A stretch of 61,404 bases of DNA from an uncultured Bacteroidia bacterium (GTDB taxonomy: Bacteria > Bacteroidota > Bacteroidia > J057 > CALLMJ01), in assembly GCA_964493765.1 (NCBI GenBank), contig CAZBPK010000117.1:1-61404 (forward strand). Direction: 5' to 3'. A model generated the notes under the pieces. That model had not been told where the DNA came from and made no database searches. It saw nothing but the letters and a program-made list of their open reading frames with translations. Positions 55,902 to 61,404 of this stretch are shown in pieces. Positions within the stretch are counted from its first letter, which is position 1, and the number at the start of each line of letters is the position of its first letter. The translations under genes were made by a program, and so were the position numbers.

Positions 55902-57137
55902 TCAAAGATTGGCTATAACTTGGAGCAACTGAATAGCAATTTGTTCTTTATGAAGTAGTTCTGATTCGATAGTAAAATTAGGAGAAATAAAAAAAACTTT
56001 ATTGGTATCATGCCCAAAAGTTGCACCTTCTTGCTGCATAGAATTTAAAACAATTAAGTCTAAATTTTTTTTCTTTAATTTAGATTTAGCATTTTCCAAC
56101 TCATTTTGGGTTTCTAATGCAAAACCAATCAATTTTTGATGAGGCATTTTTTGTTTACTCAATTCCTGTAAAATATCAGGGTTTTTAGATAATTCTAAGT
56201 TCATGGTATCAGAATTATCCATTTTTTTTATTTTTTGAGTTGCATAATTTTGGGGTTTAAAATCAGCAACTGCGGCTGACCCAATGATGATTTCTGAGTT
56301 ACGGAAATGATTTTGCATAGCTTCTAACATTTCTAAAGCACTTGTCACAGAAATCGTATTTAAATATTCAGGAATAGAAATGGTCAATGGACCTGAAATA
56401 ACAGTTACATTTCCCCCCATTCTGTAAGCCCATTTGGCAATAGCAATGCCCATTTTTCCTGTTGAATGATTTGAAATAAATCGAACTGGGTCAATAGCTT
56501 CTTGTGTGGGACCCACATTGATTAAGATATTTTTTTTGTCTAAAATTTTGGGGGTTAAAGCAGAAATTATATATTCAAAAATTTTTTGGGGTTCCAGCAT
56601 TCTACCCAAGCCCTCTAAACCTGATGCTAAAAAGCCTGATTCTGAAGGTAGAATTTGATAACCAAACTCTTTCAAAATTTTTAGATTTTTTTGGTTTTGC
56701 GGGGAAGCATACATTTCTCTGTCCATGGCTGGAGCAATCAAAATAGGACAAGAAGCAGAAAAAACTGTAGCGGTTAAAGCATCATCGCAAATTCCATTGG
56801 CTAATTTACTCAAAGTGTTCATGGTAGCAGGAGCAATAATGATTAAGTCTGCATTTTGAGCAATTTGAACATGTAGAGACCAATCTTGATTACCTGTAGA
56901 TTCATGCCATAAATATGAAAAAACAGGTTTTTGAGATAAAGTAGAAAAGGTTAAAGAGGTTACAAATTTTTCTGCATTCTGAGTCATAATTACTTGAACA
57001 TCAGCACCTTGATTTTGTAACAATCTTAATAAAAAAACGGATTTATAAGCAGCAATGCTACCAGAAACCCCTAAAAGAATTTTTTTTCCTTTTAGGGGTT
57101 GTTTACAGTCTATAAAAATTGAATTTATTCCTTCCAC
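55902..57137 (-). CDS. coaBC: Phosphopantothenoylcysteine decarboxylase/synthetase
   Basis: GVSGSIAAYK, APATMNTL, PAMD, GPTQEAIDPVRFISNHSTGKMG, AAVADF, GFALET. Confidence 0.96.
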   Translation of the reverse strand: MEGINSIFIDCKQPLKGKKILLGVSGSIAAYKSVFLLRLLQNQGADVQVIMTQNAEKFVTSLTFSTLSQKPVFSYLWHESTGNQDWSLHVQIAQNADLIIIAPATMNTLSKLANGICDDALTATVFSASCPILIAPAMDREMYASPQNQKNLKILKEFGYQILPSESGFLASGLEGLGRMLEPQKIFEYIISALTPKILDKKNILINVGPTQEAIDPVRFISNHSTGKMGIAIAKWAYRMGGNVTVISGPLTISIPEYLNTISVTSALEMLEAMQNHFRNSEIIIGSAAVADFKPQNYATQKIKKMDNSDTMNLELSKNPDILQELSKQKMPHQKLIGFALETQNELENAKSKLKKKNLDLIVLNSMQQEGATFGHDTNKVFFISPNFTIESELLHKEQIAIQLLQVIANL

Positions 57138-57430
57138 TCAATCAAATTATTTTGATACTCGTAAAGAGCAATGATAGTGGGTTTAGGCATTTGTTCATAT
57201 ATTTTTGAAACTTCAATTTGCTCACGATTTTCAACAATTTCTTCAACGCTATCAGAATAGCTGGAAAAATCCGTTAATCTAGAAACAATTTCTTGTTTCA
57301 TTTGCTGAGCAATGATGTTTGAACGTTTTCCTGTAATCATTAAAGCCCTATAGATACTTCCTGTTTCATCAAGAATTTTAAATAAATCTAAAGGTTGAAT
57401 ATTGGGTTCTAATTTATCTGGTATATTCAT
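57125..57430 (-). CDS. rpoZ: RNA polymerase omega subunit (Bacteroidota type)
   Basis: TGSIYRAL...KRSNII, EEIVENREQIEVSKIYEQMPKP; lies between bamD and coaBC. Confidence 0.88.
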   Translation of the reverse strand: MNIPDKLEPNIQPLDLFKILDETGSIYRALMITGKRSNIIAQQMKQEIVSRLTDFSSYSDSVEEIVENREQIEVSKIYEQMPKPTIIALYEYQNNLIEWKE

Positions 57431-57431
57431 A

Positions 57432-58244
57432 TTACTGTATATTTTTTTTAATTTTTTCTAAGGATTTTTGGGCAATTGTGTAGCATTCTTCAGAATCTTT
57501 GAGGAATTTACTATTAGGATAACGATCAATAAATTTTTGATATAATTCAATAGTTTTTTCGTACCTCTCAATTTGTTTAGTTTCAATACTTAATTTAGCA
57601 TATTCCAAAGAAGATTTAATCATTTTAAAAGAGGCTTCTTCACGATAAGGAGAACTGGGATAATCGGAAATAAAATTTTTAAAGGCTACAACTGCTGATT
57701 TATAATAACCAATCTTATAATACAAATTTGCTTGTTCATAAGCTTTAATCATTAATTTCTGGCGCAATTCTTTGATATGAGCTTCTGCTTTTTCTACCCT
57801 TGGAGACATAGGATATTGTTCAATAAAAAACTCAAAATTTTCAATGGCTTTTTGAGTTTCTGATTGGTCTAAAACATAACTCGCAGACATTGCTCTGTAA
57901 CAATTAGCAACCATAAATTGGGCTTCTTCTGTAAATTCTGAATTGGGAAATTGCTTAACAAATTCTTCAAAATAAAATGCTGCGGTTACAAAATCATTCA
58001 AACCGTATTTACAATATGAATAAAAATACAATATTTTTTGATAACGAGCAGTTCCTCTATAAACCCCTAATAATTCTTCAAATAATGGCATAGCAGTTTC
58101 ATAACTTTTTTTATTAAAAAAATATACTGCAGCAGAATCTTTTTCTGCTATACTTCCTTTTTTTGCCATTTTAGCATACTTATTGGAACAACTGATCCAA
58201 ATGATAGCGCTGAGAATCAGCAATAAATATTTATGCATTATCAA
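57432..58244 (-). CDS. bamD: Outer membrane assembly lipoprotein BamD
   Basis: Lipobox WISC; TPR repeats; LDQSETQKAIENFEFFIEQYP; bamD-rpoZ-coaBC synteny. Confidence 0.92.
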   Translation of the reverse strand: MIMHKYLLLILSAIIWISCSNKYAKMAKKGSIAEKDSAAVYFFNKKSYETAMPLFEELLGVYRGTARYQKILYFYSYCKYGLNDFVTAAFYFEEFVKQFPNSEFTEEAQFMVANCYRAMSASYVLDQSETQKAIENFEFFIEQYPMSPRVEKAEAHIKELRQKLMIKAYEQANLYYKIGYYKSAVVAFKNFISDYPSSPYREEASFKMIKSSLEYAKLSIETKQIERYEKTIELYQKFIDRYPNSKFLKDSEECYTIAQKSLEKIKKNIQ

Positions 58245-58253
58245 AACGCAAAA

Positions 58254-58823
58254 TTAATAAATAGCTTTCTTTTTTCCAATAATTTTTTGAAGATTAATAA
58301 TTGCATAACGCATTCTACCTAATGCTGTATTGATACTAATATCATTCTTTTCTGCAATTTCTTTAAAGCTTAAATCTTCATAGTACCTTAAAAACACAAC
58401 TTCCCTTTGGCTCGGAGGTAATAAATTGATTGCATTTCTTAGCATTTTTTGATTTTCTTCATTAATAATGTTTTCTAATGTAGAAGTTGCAAAGTCTTTC
58501 ATTTCAATACAATCTTCGGACTCTTGAACACAAATTTTTTGGCTTCTTAGATAATCAATCGCTAAATTTTTACAAACCCTTCCAGCCCAAGCAGAAAATT
58601 TTTGGTGTTCTTTATAACTATTTTCACTAAAAGCATTATAAATTTTTATAATTGCATCTTGCAATATATCTTCCGCTAATTCTTTCTCTTTTACCACCAA
58701 ATAAATAACCTGATGCCATTTATTTCTGTGCCTCTTAATAAGTGCATTGAAGAACGAAGTATGTCCTTCCATGAATTTTCTGATTAATTCCTCGTCGCTT
58801 AGGTTTTTGAACTTTGTTTGCAT
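58254..58823 (-). CDS. ECF-type RNA polymerase sigma factor
   Basis: LAEDILQDAIIK, KNLAIDYLR, LPPSQREVVFLRYYEDLSFKEIAE, SINTALGRMRYA. Confidence 0.93.
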   Translation of the reverse strand: MQTKFKNLSDEELIRKFMEGHTSFFNALIKRHRNKWHQVIYLVVKEKELAEDILQDAIIKIYNAFSENSYKEHQKFSAWAGRVCKNLAIDYLRSQKICVQESEDCIEMKDFATSTLENIINEENQKMLRNAINLLPPSQREVVFLRYYEDLSFKEIAEKNDISINTALGRMRYAIINLQKIIGKKKAIY

Positions 58824-58844
58824 CTTTCTTTATTATATTTAACC

Positions 58845-58904
58845 TTAGCGTAAAATTTCTGTTCATTGGTGTTTTTGTAATTAGCGTAAAAATCTTATTC
58901 ATTG
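58845..58904. repeat. 24-bp imperfect direct repeat (period 36) in the sigma-factor leader
   Basis: TTAGCGTAAAATTTCTGTTCATTG (58845) versus TTAGCGTAAAAATCTTATTCATTG (58881), 20/24 identical. Confidence 0.75.
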
Positions 58905-58920
58905 AATGAGTATTGTTTTG

Positions 58921-58928
58921 CAAAGATA
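58921..58928 (-). promoter_or_regulatory. -7 promoter element (TATCTTTG) for the ECF sigma gene
   Basis: Exact TAnnTTTG match facing the gene; no clear -33 TTG. Confidence 0.55.
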
Positions 58929-59181
58929 AACGGTTTATTTTATATTTTTATTGTGTCTTTTTACGAAAAAATGTTAAGTCATTAAAGTTTAACAATTTTT
59001 ATTAAATGTTATGAAAATTGAAGATATTCGTTATTCTTGTTGGGATTGAATAATTTTGGGGTGGTTTTGGGATTTGCTGGCTATTTTAAGCCCATCTAAG
59101 TTAGGTTTTTGGAATGTCCAATATCAATTCAATAATTGGTACTTTTTTTGTAACTTTGGAAATTAATAAAATCATTCAATT

Positions 59182-59994
59182 ATGATACACACAATTTCAA
59201 AATGGTTACTATTCAGTATTGTGGTTTTTGTGCCTCAGATGATTTCTAGTTATTCAACTCATATTGATAATTTAGAAACCTATGAGTTTAAAATCAAAGA
59301 AACTGCTTTTAATTTAGGGGAAAAAATTGTGCTGAGAGTTCATTACGGTTGGATCACAGCCGGTGATGCAACTTTTGAAGTGGACAATAAATCCAGAAAA
59401 ATTGCTGATAAAAATTGTTTCTTATTAAAAGGATTTGGAAAATCTGCATCTACTTTTGATTGGTTTTTTGAAGTTCGCGATACTTTTTATAGTTATATGG
59501 ACAAAGAAAGTTTGTATCCTGTTAAATATTATAGAGCGGTTCATGAAGGTGGATATCATTTTATAGATGAAGTAGATTTTTCTAAGGAAAATAAAATTAT
59601 TAGCAAAAAAGGTGAATTTAAAGTTCAAGGAAAAACCCATGATATGTTAACATGTTTATATGCAACACGTTGTATAAATTTGAATGAGATGCCTGTAGGA
59701 AAACTAATAAAAGTGAAAATTTGGTTAGATAACGAATTATATGAGTTAGGTTTTAAGATTTTAGGTAGAGAAACTATTAAAACAGATTTAGGCAAATTCA
59801 AAGCCATTAAAATCCAGCCTCTTGTAGTTGCGGATAGAGTATTTAAAGATAATGAAGGAATGAAACTTTGGGTTACTGATGATGCAAATTATATTCCTTT
59901 AAGAATTGAGTCTCCAATTTTAGTGGGTTCTATAAAAGCTGATATTAAAGAAATGAATTTTTTAAAATATCCACTAACTTCTAAAATTAAGTAA
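59182..59994 (+). CDS. DUF3108 family protein
   Basis: GEKIVLRVHYGWITAG, FFEVRD, WVTDDANYIPLRIES...GSIKA. Confidence 0.88.
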   Translation: MIHTISKWLLFSIVVFVPQMISSYSTHIDNLETYEFKIKETAFNLGEKIVLRVHYGWITAGDATFEVDNKSRKIADKNCFLLKGFGKSASTFDWFFEVRDTFYSYMDKESLYPVKYYRAVHEGGYHFIDEVDFSKENKIISKKGEFKVQGKTHDMLTCLYATRCINLNEMPVGKLIKVKIWLDNELYELGFKILGRETIKTDLGKFKAIKIQPLVVADRVFKDNEGMKLWVTDDANYIPLRIESPILVGSIKADIKEMNFLKYPLTSKIK

Positions 59995-60048
59995 GAACTT
60001 TATGAAATTTTCAATTGAATTATCAATAAAAAAATCTAATTTTGCAAT

Positions 60049-60741
60049 ATGAAATTCTGCATCGTTATAGTTATTTTTTTAATAGGTTTTTCTTTTATCC
60101 ATGGACAGGATTTAGAAAAAACAGTTGACGGAACAGGTAAAGAAAATTATTTTGAGGGTTTAATTAAATATAATGTTGATATTACAGGAATTAAAGGAAC
60201 TCCTAATAAAGAATCACAAGCATTTTTAGAAAAAAAGCCTTGTAAAAATATGGATATGTTTTTTAAAGGTTCTGATTTTATTATCAACTTATATAATGGT
60301 GAATTTCCTACTACAAGACTATTTATTGCAGACTCTAATAGAACATATACCCTAGATGTACAAAATAAAAGAGCCTTTCGTTTTGAACAATATGAAGCTG
60401 AATCTTCAACACCTCCTACTGCAATTGCTACAGGTAATAAACTGGTAGTAGCTGGCGTTGAATGTAAAGAATACAAAGTAGAAAAACCTAATAGAACAAT
60501 TATTTATTATGTATCAGACAAATATCGTGTAAATACTAAATTGTTCAAAGGAAAAACTAGAGCTCAAGCGGCTTTTCTTACAAAAGGTTTAGACGGAAGA
60601 ATTCCTTTAAAAACCATTCAAAAAGCAAATAATTTGCAAATCACTACGACTGCAATAAAAATTGAACCCCAAAAATTACAAAAAGAACAATTTAGAATAC
60701 CCAATGGTTGGAAAATGTCTGGTTTGGATTTACGTCGTTAA
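60049..60741 (+). CDS. Secreted protein, DUF4412/GLPGLI-like
   Basis: Signal peptide; TGNKLVVAGVECKEYKV; C-terminal FRIPNGW. Confidence 0.7.
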   Translation: MKFCIVIVIFLIGFSFIHGQDLEKTVDGTGKENYFEGLIKYNVDITGIKGTPNKESQAFLEKKPCKNMDMFFKGSDFIINLYNGEFPTTRLFIADSNRTYTLDVQNKRAFRFEQYEAESSTPPTAIATGNKLVVAGVECKEYKVEKPNRTIIYYVSDKYRVNTKLFKGKTRAQAAFLTKGLDGRIPLKTIQKANNLQITTTAIKIEPQKLQKEQFRIPNGWKMSGLDLRR

Positions 60742-61404
60742 GGGTATTTTCTCATTTATTTATGCTCAAAATCTTATTTTACCTTTACAAAACCATAGTT
60801 TTGAGCATATTGCTATTGATGAACAAAAAAATTTGTACTTACTGAACTCCAAAGAAGCTACATTAACCAAAAAGCTTTATAACTACCAAAAGTATGATTC
60901 AAGTATTACCATAGGGGGTAAAAATTTATCATTGAAAGAAAGTTTTGTGAAACCTAGTGAAATTTTAATCCCTGATAGCAAAACTTTATTTATTATTGAT
61001 TGGCTAGCAAATGATATTAAGTTTTTAAATACCAATTTAAAAATTCAAAAAATTTGGAATTTAAACCAAATTCAAGACGAATACCAGCCTTTTCAGATTC
61101 AAAATGCAACTATTACTCCTACAGGTGAAATGTTTATACAAAACAAACTCAATTCAATGATTTACAGAGTGAATGTATTTGGAGAAATGGACAGAATAAT
61201 TGGGGGTAATAACTTTGCTGAAGCTTCAATTACCGATAATGCCAATATGACTTGCACAAAAGAATGGCTTTATGTCTGGGTAAATAGTGAAAAAAAATTA
61301 TACCAATTTGACCATAATGCTAATTTTAAAAAATTTTTTCAATTTTCAAACAATTTTGAAAATATTATTTCTGACAATCAGAACCTTATAGCATTCTATA
61401 AAAG
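60704..61404 (+). CDS. Partial secreted protein, possible NHL/beta-propeller (runs off window)
   Basis: Not in the ORF track. Hand translation from ATG 60704 gives MVGKCLVWIYVVKGIFSFIYAQNLILPLQNHSFEHIAIDEQKNLYLLNSK..., apparently open towards the window end. Confidence 0.65.
   Translation, partial: MVGKCLVWIYVVKGIFSFIYAQNLILPLQNHSFEHIAIDEQKNLYLLNSKEATLTKKLYNYQKYDSSITIGGKNLSLKESFVKPSEILIPDSKTLFIIDWLANDIKFLNTNLKIQKIWNLNQIQDEYQPFQIQNATITPTGEMFIQNKLNSMIYRVNVFGEMDRIIGGNNFAEASITDNANMTCTKEWLYVWVNSEKKLYQFDHNANFKKFFQFSNNFENIISDNQNLIAFYK

Noticed and set aside
3300-58823. bcp, uvrA, nth and the ECF sigma as a dispersed remnant of one ancestral cluster
   Set aside because: This rests only on my recollection of Flavobacteria gene order and cannot be verified from this window.
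656-60476. Many short ORFs in the track that overlap long genes on the opposite strand or in another frame (e.g. 656..898, 2044..2256, 9405..9653, 10242..10550, 31061..31306, 38051..38332, 60147..60476)
   Set aside because: They lie inside well-supported genes, have no family motifs, and are expected shadow ORFs.

Overview
A gene-dense, very AT-rich chromosomal segment from a free-living, probably aerobic Bacteroidota bacterium. Evidence for the lineage: TTG-N19-21-TAnnTTTG promoters, T9SS type A and type B cargo proteins, the DUF4290-murA pair and the bamD-rpoZ-coaBC cluster. It holds about 60 CDS, mostly housekeeping or metabolic (fbp, bcp, murA, suhB, paaCD, uvrA, gdhA, nth, alkB, nadB, prmA, nuoA, yidD, wza-wzc-phosphatase, hemE, ald, coaBC, rpoZ, bamD, an ECF sigma), plus one tRNA-Gln(TTG). 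I found no transposase, integrase, prophage, CRISPR array, rRNA or recognisable defence system. Best leads: (1) five copies of a 122-133 bp GC-rich structured repeat, each 3-21 nt after a stop codon and in the sense of that gene. They are rich in CTNCG pentamers, carry a GTAG/GGAG tag on the antisense strand, and two copies bracket alkB in inverted orientation; they may belong to the known Flavo-1 motif. (2) pspA followed by a gene that looks like a PspA C-terminal half. (3) A PurE paralogue that has lost its catalytic loops. (4) An extremely acidic 188-aa orphan. (5) A 24-bp direct repeat in the leader of the ECF sigma gene. All family calls come from motif recognition by eye; no database searches were run.
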